Source: a virus
Taxonomy: Duplodnaviria; Caudoviricetes
Virus record (IMG/VR): IMGVR_UViG_3300027965_000006
Span: 1 to 58,379 of that record
Reading direction: 5' to 3' (one strand)
DNA length: 58,379 nucleotides
Part shown: piece by piece, positions 17,619-25,415 of the stretch
Layout: every line of letters begins with the position of its first letter
Position numbering within the stretch: position 1 is the first letter of the stretch
Made by a program: the position numbers and the translations under genes
The notes under the pieces: model-generated
Databases searched by the model: none
Seen by the model: only the letters and a program-made list of their open reading frames with translations
Told to the model about the DNA's origin: nothing

Positions 17619-18605
17619 TCAGCCTTCGTTTTTGAAACTGTTGAAACCAACTTGACGGCGCATGCCACCTCGGCCATCCGAGGCGATGGCCTCGCTTCGC
17701 ATCTCGTCGAGGCGTTGAAAAACCTCGTCCTCAGGCTGTTCAAAGCAGCGCGCGGCAACGATAACCTCTCGCAAATGGGCGATGCTGTAGCCCTCGGATC
17801 GCTTTACCCAACGAGCCAGCGTCACGTCGTCAAGCGCCGGCTCTTTGGCTTTGAAGTAGACCCGTCGCGCCTCGGCAGAGGGCATGTCCACCAGCATGAT
17901 CGTATCGAAGCGCGATGGGCGGTCGACAAATCGGCGATCGAGATATTCGGGATAGTTCGTCGTCGCGACGTGTACGACGTTGGAAATCTGCGTCTCGCCA
18001 TCCAGCAGCGCCAGAAATCCATGATCGCCGTGGCGCTGCACCAGCGCGTCGAGGTCTTCCATGATCGAGATCATGGGGCGCGCCGGCTCGATCCGGCGAA
18101 GGACCGAGATGCACATCGTTGCAAGCGCCGGGTCTTCGACGAAGATCACGACGCCGTTGTGAGACCGAACAAGTTCCTGCGTCATCTGCCAGATGGCACT
18201 CGTCTTGCCGCTGCCCGGAGGACCCCAAAGAAGGAGGCCGCGCTTGAAGGTAAAGCCGCGCTCGGCAAAATTGGCGCGCAGGGTCCAGAACTTTCGGAAT
18301 TCGGATAGCAGCTTCTCGACCGCCCCATCTGGCAGATGAAGGAGACTGTCGATCTCGATAGGCATCTTTTCGAGGTACGGGCCGCGATTGGAGATACGGC
18401 ACCGATAGGCGCCCGCGGGGATTTCCTTGACGACATCAGTGACGGGAAAGAACGCATCGCCACTTTGCGCCCAGCATCTCGCGCTCGCGGCAATCTGCGC
18501 CCATTCGTTGTCAACGGGCGCCACAGCCTGCGACGCTTCTGGGTAACCCTGGGAGTGGGCCCCTACCATCGTCCCAACCCGGTTGGCAAAACTGGCGTTG
18601 CTCAA
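17619..18605 (-). CDS. AAA+ ATPase (start uncertain)
   Basis: Walker A GPPGSGKT, Walker B IMEDLD, SRH ATTNYPEYLD..FVDRPSRFD. Confidence 0.9.
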   Translation of the reverse strand: MSNASFANRVGTMVGAHSQGYPEASQAVAPVDNEWAQIAASARCWAQSGDAFFPVTDVVKEIPAGAYRCRISNRGPYLEKMPIEIDSLLHLPDGAVEKLLSEFRKFWTLRANFAERGFTFKRGLLLWGPPGSGKTSAIWQMTQELVRSHNGVVIFVEDPALATMCISVLRRIEPARPMISIMEDLDALVQRHGDHGFLALLDGETQISNVVHVATTNYPEYLDRRFVDRPSRFDTIMLVDMPSAEARRVYFKAKEPALDDVTLARWVKRSEGYSIAHLREVIVAARCFEQPEDEVFQRLDEMRSEAIASDGRGGMRRQVGFNSFKNEG

Positions 18606-18616
18606 TTGCGCTCCCT

Positions 18617-19480
18617 TCAAGATCGGGCCTCCAGCGCCGCGCGCAATTCATCCACGCTCATGCGCCGGGCCTTGTCGCTGCTGTTGCCGGGTCCCATGCT
18701 CTCGTGTTTCTTTTCGAACGCGGGAAGCCCGCGCACGTCCATCGTCGCGCCCATGGCTTCGGCAAGGTCGCCAAGCCGATAGGCGGGCAGTGTCGGTATC
18801 ATCACCTCGCCGCCCTTCATGGTCTCGATCGTGTTGAGCACGAGGTCGACGGCCTGATCCATCGTCATGAAGAATCGCGTGCAGTCGGGATCGGTGACCG
18901 GCACCGACGGCGCGCCGCCGGCGATGATCTCCTTCCACGTCGGGACGACGGAGCCGGTTGACGCCCAGACATTTCCATATCTGCAGACGGCGAAGATCGG
19001 ACCGTTCCAGCCGCGCGTGTTGTTGGCGTTGAGGAACAAGGATTCGGCGAACGCCTTGCTCGTGCCATAGGGGCTGACGGGTTCGAATGCCTTGTCGCTC
19101 GACAGGGCGACGACGCGGCACACGCCGGCGTCTTGCGCGGCCTCGATCACGTTGGTGGCTCCGTCGATGTTGGTTTTCTTGACCTCGATCGGGTTGTAGG
19201 CGCCGACCTCGATGCGCTTGAGCGCCGCGGCATGAACGACGGTCTCAATGCCGTGCATGGCGCGGTGCAGGCGGTCGCGGTCGCGGACATCGCCGATGAA
19301 CATGCGAAGCGTGCCGAACTGATCGAGCGCGGATAGTTCGCGCAGCATGGCGGCCTGCCGGTGTTCGCTGCGCGAATAGATCACGATGCGATGGGGCGGG
19401 GACGGCAAGCGGAGCAGGCGCTTGGTGAACGCCGTTCCAAACGCACCCGAGCCGCCGGTGATGAGGATGCTGCCGATCAT
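18617..19480 (-). CDS. pseB: UDP-GlcNAc 4,6-dehydratase (PseB/FlaA1-like)
   Basis: ATG 19480 with GGAG SD. Motifs ITGGSGAFG, IGDVRD, HAAALK, ALSSDKA, YGTSK, RYGNVWASTGSV, TRFFM, EKKHE. Confidence 0.92.
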   Translation of the reverse strand: MIGSILITGGSGAFGTAFTKRLLRLPSPPHRIVIYSRSEHRQAAMLRELSALDQFGTLRMFIGDVRDRDRLHRAMHGIETVVHAAALKRIEVGAYNPIEVKKTNIDGATNVIEAAQDAGVCRVVALSSDKAFEPVSPYGTSKAFAESLFLNANNTRGWNGPIFAVCRYGNVWASTGSVVPTWKEIIAGGAPSVPVTDPDCTRFFMTMDQAVDLVLNTIETMKGGEVMIPTLPAYRLGDLAEAMGATMDVRGLPAFEKKHESMGPGNSSDKARRMSVDELRAALEARS

Positions 19481-19626
19481 CTGCGCTCCCACGGCCGGGC
19501 GCATTTGCGGCGGGACACGAAGATCAGTTTGCGCAAAAAATCCTCCCATTCGATCGCGGTCCGGTATTGCTTTGCGGTGCAGCGCCATTCGCGATCGAAC
19601 CAAAAGTGGAGCAAGTCGAGCATCAC
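19477..19626 (-). CDS. 49-aa hypothetical protein
   Basis: MMLDLLHFWFDREWRC...; 4-nt overlaps with both neighbours. Confidence 0.45.
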   Translation of the reverse strand: MMLDLLHFWFDREWRCTAKQYRTAIEWEDFLRKLIFVSRRKCARPWERR

Positions 19627-21650
19627 GATGCCCTCACCATCGGCGCGATCGTCGCGCCCTCGAGGCGCCGCGCGATATTGTCGTGATCAAGTGCCTCGCG
19701 CATGATCGCCAGCGTGTGGTCATAGGATTTCAGAACGCGCTTGATATCGCCTTGCGTGTGGGCATAGCAGATGTTGTGCGATCCGATGATCAGGGTCCCG
19801 CTCGCGATCATCTCTTTGCGGAACAGAGCCCAGAGCTGGTCGACCGTCGCATTCTCGTGCGCCTTCATCGAAATGCGCTTGAGCGGGGCCTGACCATAGA
19901 GGCCGATCACGTCACCGAGTCCGTGCGCGCGGATGAGGTCGGTAACGTCGCTGCGCAACGTCTCGCCGGTCTCCCAAATCTTGTCGATGACGTTCTCGCG
20001 CTCCATCTTCGCAATGGTCGCGATCGACGCCGCGAGCGACAGCGTCTCGCCGCCGAACGTGCCGGAGAAGAACACGCACGGGTTCGGCGGCTCCAGCTTG
20101 CGCATGATATCGGCGCGCCCGACCAGCGCGGACAGCGGCATGCCGTTCGCCATCGCCTTGCCGAAGCAGGCGAGGTCCGGCGTCACGCCGTAGTATTCCT
20201 GCGCACCGCCGAGTGCGAAGCGGAAGCCGGTGATGACCTCGTCGAAGATCAGGAGGGGTCCTTCTTTGTCGCAGACATTACGCAGGTATTGCAGATATTG
20301 TGGGTTGCCTTCCGGCTCGACGATGATTGCAGCTACGTTGGAGAGGTCGTCGGGCGGACACTGGCTGAAATCAAGTCGTGCCGTCAGCTCCTTGACCGCA
20401 GTCGGCACGCCGAGATCGCGGAACGCGCCCGCGATCGACCAGTCATGCCAGCCATGATACCCGCCGCAGATGAGCACGCGGTCGCGGCCCGTGTAGGCGC
20501 GGGCGAGGCGGATCGCCGCCGTCGTCACGTCGGAGCCGTTCTTGCCGAACCGCACCATCTCGGCGCACGGGATCAGCCGCGTGAGCTTTTCGGCGAGCTG
20601 CGCTTCGAGTTCAGTGGAGAGACTGAAAGAGGCTCCAGATGCAAGCTGAGTGCGCACGGCACGGTCAACGTCTGCGTCACGGTAGCCAAGAATGTTTGGC
20701 AGCAGTGCGGACACGAGATCGACAAACTCGTTCCCGTCGATATCCCAACAGACTCCTCCCTGCCCGTGACTGAGGAAGAGCGGGGAGGGCTGGGGGAATT
20801 GAACGAAAGACTTGCTGAAGGTTTGCGCTGCGAGCGGGATGACTTTGTGCGCGCGCTCGAACTGCGCCTGCGACCTTTCGTATGACCGCGGGATGATCGG
20901 CTCATTGGCGATGGCCTCATAGTAACGTTCGTTCATCGGGTGGTGCCGGTTGATCTTGCGCAGCTCAGGCTTGCGGTCGAGCACGGCAAGGATATCGAGG
21001 TAGCGCGCGGGCGGGCCGTGCAGCTCGTTGGCGATGGCACTGCAGAACCGATAGTCGTTTTTGGTGTCGAGCACCCAGCGCTCTTTGTGCAAGCCGGGGA
21101 TCGGACACACGACCGCCGCGGCCGGCAGGCGCGAGCGGTTGCGCTGGATGAAGGTCGTGACGCACTCACGGTCGATCGGCCGCGTTGCGACTTCATGCGC
21201 GAACGCGAGCGAGTCGAAGGTGAATGCTTCGACATCAAGCCCGTCCGGCCATGTACGCGGATCGATGTTGGAGACGTAGTCGGCGCCGGTCTCCTTCTGC
21301 AGACGCACGACCTCGCCGATAACGTATGGATCGATGAACGGGCAGTCTCCGGTGATGCGCACGACGATGTCGGCCTCGACCTCTGCGGCTGCGCAATAGA
21401 CGCGGTCGAGAACGTCGTTCTCCGAACCCTGGTAGCAGGGAATATCATGGCGAGCGCACCACGCCCTGATCGGATCGTCGCCGACGAGCCCGGTCGTGGC
21501 GACGACGACTTGGTCGACGCCGGCCGCAGCGCGTGCAGCAGTGTAGACCCAGTGCAGCACCGGACGACCATCGCGGCCGAGCGGCATCAGCACCTTGCCG
21601 GGCAGGCGAGTCGAGCCCATGCGGGCGATGATGACGGCGGTTACGGTCAT
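19623..21650 (-). CDS. SpsF/PseF-like acylneuraminate cytidylyltransferase fused to a class III (GSA-aminomutase-like) aminotransferase
   Basis: N-terminus: ARMGSTRLPGKVL, GSENDVLDR, RITGDCP, PDGLDVE. C-terminus: QTFSKS, DIDGNEFVD, FGKNGSD, GYHGWHDW, FDEVITGFR, FGKAMANG, SGTFGG. Confidence 0.92.
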   Translation of the reverse strand: MTVTAVIIARMGSTRLPGKVLMPLGRDGRPVLHWVYTAARAAAGVDQVVVATTGLVGDDPIRAWCARHDIPCYQGSENDVLDRVYCAAAEVEADIVVRITGDCPFIDPYVIGEVVRLQKETGADYVSNIDPRTWPDGLDVEAFTFDSLAFAHEVATRPIDRECVTTFIQRNRSRLPAAAVVCPIPGLHKERWVLDTKNDYRFCSAIANELHGPPARYLDILAVLDRKPELRKINRHHPMNERYYEAIANEPIIPRSYERSQAQFERAHKVIPLAAQTFSKSFVQFPQPSPLFLSHGQGGVCWDIDGNEFVDLVSALLPNILGYRDADVDRAVRTQLASGASFSLSTELEAQLAEKLTRLIPCAEMVRFGKNGSDVTTAAIRLARAYTGRDRVLICGGYHGWHDWSIAGAFRDLGVPTAVKELTARLDFSQCPPDDLSNVAAIIVEPEGNPQYLQYLRNVCDKEGPLLIFDEVITGFRFALGGAQEYYGVTPDLACFGKAMANGMPLSALVGRADIMRKLEPPNPCVFFSGTFGGETLSLAASIATIAKMERENVIDKIWETGETLRSDVTDLIRAHGLGDVIGLYGQAPLKRISMKAHENATVDQLWALFRKEMIASGTLIIGSHNICYAHTQGDIKRVLKSYDHTLAIMREALDHDNIARRLEGATIAPMVRAS

Positions 21651-21856
21651 TTGCTGCTATTGATCTGTATGTTCATCGATTGGAGCATGTCGCTTGCGTG
21701 CACCCATGCGACGCCGTTCCAAACCTCGAAATCGGTTATCTCCTCCGGAGGAGTTCCTGGCGGGTAATCTCCGGTGACATGAACGTCGCCGAGGTAGGGA
21801 TTCTCGGGGCGCGGTGAGGGGCCCGGATAGTCCGGGTATCGGAGCTCCCGTTTCAT
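21647..21856 (-). CDS. Hypothetical protein
   Basis: 69-aa ORF, ATGA-coupled on both sides. Confidence 0.6.
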   Translation of the reverse strand: MKRELRYPDYPGPSPRPENPYLGDVHVTGDYPPGTPPEEITDFEVWNGVAWVHASDMLQSMNIQINSSK

Positions 21857-22728
21857 GTCGGCAGCCCCGCCATCTTGCGCGCGTCGAGGCAGAGCCGCAG
21901 TACGGCGAGTCCGTCCTCTCCGGTGGCGCCGCGCGTTTCCTTGCCTTCACAGCGATCGACGAAGGCGCGCATCTCGGCCATGTAGTCGTCGTCCCATGAC
22001 GCGAAGCCGCTTGCGGACATTCGATTTGTTCCCACTACGAGATCAGAGGATCGTCTTTCCAGGTCCACCGCGATCAGGCCATGCTCGCCTGCGATGACGA
22101 AGGTGCGAAAACTCGGAGCGGTGACGTAGTCGAGATGCACAGTCGTCCGCGTCATGTCGTCGTGCACCAAAAAGAGATCAGCTATTTCGTCTCCATCCGT
22201 CGAAGCCGCAGAGGCCAAAGTCGCCGGACCGAGCAGATGCAGCGCAAGATCGAGTTCGTGTGCTCCCCAGTTCAAAATGACGCCATCCCGCCGATAGGCC
22301 GGGCGGTTATTTTTCTGAGCGCAGGTGAAGTTAGCCCATAAAGGCTTGCCGATCGCAGTGGCGCCGAGCCAGCGCTTTGCGTCAATGACCGATTGATGAA
22401 ACCGCAACATGCACCCGACCATCACCTGCGCGCCGTTCTTCTTTGCCAGCGCGAGCAGGTCGGTGATGACCTCCGGGCTGCCGGTCGCGATCGGCTTCTC
22501 GACGAAGATGTGCTTGCCGCGCTCGGCTGCGGCGCGGATGCCGCCGGAATGGAATGCGCTCGGCGTCGCGATCACCACGGCATCGCAGATGTCGTAGACC
22601 TCGCGCTCGAAACTCATGTCCATCCGGCCGGCGGGGTCGAAGTGGATCACGTCATGCCCGAGCGCGGAGAGATTCGCGGCGTGGCGCGAGCCGATCGATC
22701 CCGCGCTGCCGAGGACGCCGATCTTCAT
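21853..22728 (-). CDS. Gfo/Idh/MocA-family oxidoreductase
   Basis: MKIGVLGSAGSIGSRH, VIATPSAFH, IFVEKP, LRFH, HELDL. Confidence 0.9.
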   Translation of the reverse strand: MKIGVLGSAGSIGSRHAANLSALGHDVIHFDPAGRMDMSFEREVYDICDAVVIATPSAFHSGGIRAAAERGKHIFVEKPIATGSPEVITDLLALAKKNGAQVMVGCMLRFHQSVIDAKRWLGATAIGKPLWANFTCAQKNNRPAYRRDGVILNWGAHELDLALHLLGPATLASAASTDGDEIADLFLVHDDMTRTTVHLDYVTAPSFRTFVIAGEHGLIAVDLERRSSDLVVGTNRMSASGFASWDDDYMAEMRAFVDRCEGKETRGATGEDGLAVLRLCLDARKMAGLPT

Positions 22729-23330
22729 GGGCGCTCCTCGATCAGATGACCCTTGCGCAGTGCGGTCACGCATTCGTCGCCAATGATCCGGCGCTCCATC
22801 AGCATGTACCAAGGATGCGCCAGCCACAGTTTTGCGAAGTCGAAATGATAGGCGGTCACGCCGGCGTTGTGCTTGTAGAAGCGAGCGAAGGACTCGCCCT
22901 TCACGGCAAAGTCGTGGATGACGAGAACGCCGGTGTAGAAGGTCAGCACGCGGTTGACCTCGGCGGCGATGCGCAGCCAATCGGCGGGATCGGTCAGATA
23001 CAAACAGAACCCGCAGATCACGAGATCGAACATCTCGCGGCCAAGCGGAAGGGAATCGGCGGTGCCGCGCGCGGCCGGGACGGAGTTGAGCCCGCCCGCC
23101 TCGGCGACCGCCTTCGCGCTCGGGTCGACGCCGAACACCTCGCATCCGTATTGTGCGCGCAGCCGAGCGAGCCGCCATCCGTTGGCGCAGCCTATTTCGA
23201 GCACGCGCTTCGGCTGCAGGCGGAGATCGGCGATGACCTCGCTCACCGGATCGTGCTGGCCGAGCTTGGCGCGGTTGCGCTCCAGCCACGCATCGCCTTC
23301 CGATTCGAGCATGATGTCGGTCTGGCTCAC
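22725..23330 (-). CDS. Class I SAM-dependent methyltransferase
   Basis: GTG start; EGDAWLERN, VLEIGCANG, GVDPS, FDLVICGFCLY. Confidence 0.88.
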   Translation of the reverse strand: MSQTDIMLESEGDAWLERNRAKLGQHDPVSEVIADLRLQPKRVLEIGCANGWRLARLRAQYGCEVFGVDPSAKAVAEAGGLNSVPAARGTADSLPLGREMFDLVICGFCLYLTDPADWLRIAAEVNRVLTFYTGVLVIHDFAVKGESFARFYKHNAGVTAYHFDFAKLWLAHPWYMLMERRIIGDECVTALRKGHLIEERP

Positions 23331-23731
23331 GGACGAAGCTCGTAGGTGTGTTGCAGCGCCTTGAAGCCGAGGCACTGGAACATGCGGGCCGAGCGTGCGT
23401 TGCCCGGCGCGACGTTGGCGAGATAGCGCTCACGCGGATGCGCCTTCATCAGCAGGCTAATCGCGGCCGGCGCGTAGCCGCGACCCCAGTACGACTTGAA
23501 GATCGACACGCCGATCTCGTCATCGACCGTGAGATAGATCGCGCCGACATATTCGCCGTCGACCTCGATGAGGTACCACTCGGTATAAGGTCTGGAGGCG
23601 AAAAATCTCGCGTGCTCGACGAGCGCCGGCATCTTGCGATGCGAGATGTTCGCTTCGGCCGGACGCTCCGCGAGCAGGTCGTAGAGCAGCGGCATCGCGC
23701 CGTGCTCGGTATAGGCATCGACAAGTTTCAC
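23327..23731 (-). CDS. GNAT acetyltransferase (PseH-like)
   Basis: GTG start; YVGAIYL...EIGVSI...WGRGYA...ANVAPGNARSARMF..LGF. Confidence 0.85.
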   Translation of the reverse strand: MKLVDAYTEHGAMPLLYDLLAERPAEANISHRKMPALVEHARFFASRPYTEWYLIEVDGEYVGAIYLTVDDEIGVSIFKSYWGRGYAPAAISLLMKAHPRERYLANVAPGNARSARMFQCLGFKALQHTYELRP

Positions 23732-24243
23732 CGGAACCTCCCGTAATAGACGGCGGCGGTGAGTTCGTTCCCGAGCATGAAATGCGCGCGGCGCTCGCCC
23801 TCGAAGGTGAAGCCGGACCGCTCCGCGACCTTGCGCATGGCGTGGTTCGCCGCCATGAATCCGCATTCGAGCTTGCGGAAGCCGCCCGCATCCTTGTCGA
23901 GCAGCCATGCCGATGCGGCCTTGAACGCCTCAGTCGCAAATCCCTTGCCCCATTGCTCGCGGTCGCCGATCATCACGCCGAGATCGGCGATGTGATTGGG
24001 CTCGTCGGCGTCGGCTGAGATGTTGCCGATGTGCGCGCCGTCGGCGACGTGCTCTATGGCCCAGAGATGGCTGCCGGGCGGGCGCGAGCGGATGTAGGTC
24101 AGTTGGGATGACAACGAATGGTGCGCATGCCGTTGTTCGGAGAACGCGACAACTTGCGGATCACGCAACCAATCGACTTGGCGCTGCGTGGCCTTGGTCA
24201 GCGGCCGCAGGACGAGGCGCTCGGTGTTCAAAGTTGGCGTCAT
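23728..24243 (-). CDS. GNAT acetyltransferase (RimJ/RimL-like)
   Basis: LNTERLVLRPL, HIGNI, IGDREQWGKGFATEA, NHAMRKVAERSGFTFEG. Confidence 0.9.
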   Translation of the reverse strand: MTPTLNTERLVLRPLTKATQRQVDWLRDPQVVAFSEQRHAHHSLSSQLTYIRSRPPGSHLWAIEHVADGAHIGNISADADEPNHIADLGVMIGDREQWGKGFATEAFKAASAWLLDKDAGGFRKLECGFMAANHAMRKVAERSGFTFEGERRAHFMLGNELTAAVYYGRFR

Positions 24244-24554
24244 CGATCTTTGATCCAGTCGAACCAAGATCGGAAAAACCATCGTCGCCATTCGAATCCG
24301 GCAAATCCGATTTCTCTGCCGGTCCAGGCTGCCGCCGAGCCTTGAATGGTGGCCGCAGGGGATAAGTGTCGATAGCGAATCGGCGGAAGCCAATTCCATG
24401 CACAGCCGGCACTCAGGCGCCACACGATATCGCCCTCGCTTACATGATTGCGGCGCAATAGACCGAATGAAATTTCTCGGTCGGCGTAGTAATAGAACGA
24501 CCGCCCGATGTAGAAATATCCGAATTTGTCGTGACGAATGCGCATCGCGGTCAC
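24240..24554 (-). CDS. Aromatic-rich hypothetical protein
   Basis: Fills the gap with 4-nt overlaps at both ends. Confidence 0.45.
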   Translation of the reverse strand: MTAMRIRHDKFGYFYIGRSFYYYADREISFGLLRRNHVSEGDIVWRLSAGCAWNWLPPIRYRHLSPAATIQGSAAAWTGREIGFAGFEWRRWFFRSWFDWIKDR

Positions 24555-24919
24555 CGCGGCTCCTGAGAATTGCAGCATCCGTAAGGGCTTATGCGCTCGT
24601 CCAGCTCGAAGATTTCCGGCAGCTTCCGGTTCAGCTCGGCATAGAGCCGACAGCGCGGCGTGGCGTCGGGCTTGAACTTGCAATTCTGGCACCGCACCTG
24701 CCGCTCGACATAGCCGGTCTGCTTGCGGGTGAGGCTTGCGATATTGCGGTCGCGCGTCGGCGTGCCCTTGATGTGGAAATTGCAGCTGCCGTCGTGCGCC
24801 GAGACCTCCGCGTTGCCCATGATGGCGCAGCGGTCCTTGCCGAAGGCGCACGAGCCGCACTGGGCAAACGTGTCGTCGCGGCCTTCGAGATAGAGGAACG
24901 CGCTGCGGGTGATTTTCAT
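24551..24919 (-). CDS. Cys-rich protein with two HiPIP-like Cys motifs
   Basis: CGSC..C..GSC and CQNC..C..GCC. Confidence 0.6.
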   Translation of the reverse strand: MKITRSAFLYLEGRDDTFAQCGSCAFGKDRCAIMGNAEVSAHDGSCNFHIKGTPTRDRNIASLTRKQTGYVERQVRCQNCKFKPDATPRCRLYAELNRKLPEIFELDERISPYGCCNSQEPR

Positions 24920-25140
24920 GATTTTTTCATCCGATCGATGCGGTCCTGCACCAGCACGAGCACGCCTTCGAGCGCGAGCCGCACGCCGGATGCGCTGACG
25001 TCGTAGTCGCCGAGCGCGCGGCGCTCGATCAGGCCGGGGATTCCCGTCTTCCGCGCCGGTTTTCCGAGCGAATCGACCGTGAATGGCGGATCGCCCTGCA
25101 AAATCTTGTCGCGGAGGGCGAGAAAATCGTCGCGGGTCAT
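24916..25140 (-). CDS. Hypothetical protein, first gene of the leftward cluster
   Basis: 74-aa ORF with GGGAG SD. Confidence 0.65.
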   Translation of the reverse strand: MTRDDFLALRDKILQGDPPFTVDSLGKPARKTGIPGLIERRALGDYDVSASGVRLALEGVLVLVQDRIDRMKKS

Positions 25141-25415
25141 GCCGAACTCCCGGCCGTGAGGGCTTTTTCGAGCAGAACGCCCATCATTGAGGCGGTTGAG
25201 CGCATTTCCTGCACCGCGAGCGCCTGAATCGCCTCGCGCACGGTCCGGCGCAGGGTGATTCGTGTCTGCCAGCTCTCAAATTCGCCCTCGATGCGGCGCT
25301 GCATGTGCTGATTGATACCAAACTGACACCAAAACGCAATAAGAATGAGTAACGGTTCATCTTATCCACCGTTTTTGCTATGCTTTCGGTCGATGCGCGC
25401 TTCGGAGCAGCAAAA

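Noticed and set aside
14345-20885. Long + strand ORFs 14345-15634, 16596-18308 and 19386-20885
   Set aside because: They are antisense shadows of well-supported minus-strand enzymes in GC-rich DNA and show no motifs.
19623-20900. hemL-type haem biosynthesis auxiliary gene
   Set aside because: The GSA-like domain is fused to a cytidylyltransferase inside a sugar operon and no other tetrapyrrole genes are present.
14606-24243. Cluster as a DNA hypermodification system
   Set aside because: No base hydroxymethylase, TET/JBP, DNA glycosyltransferase or phage DNA polymerase was recognised, and the genome relies on ordinary methyltransferases. Not excluded, but less supported than protein or surface glycosylation.
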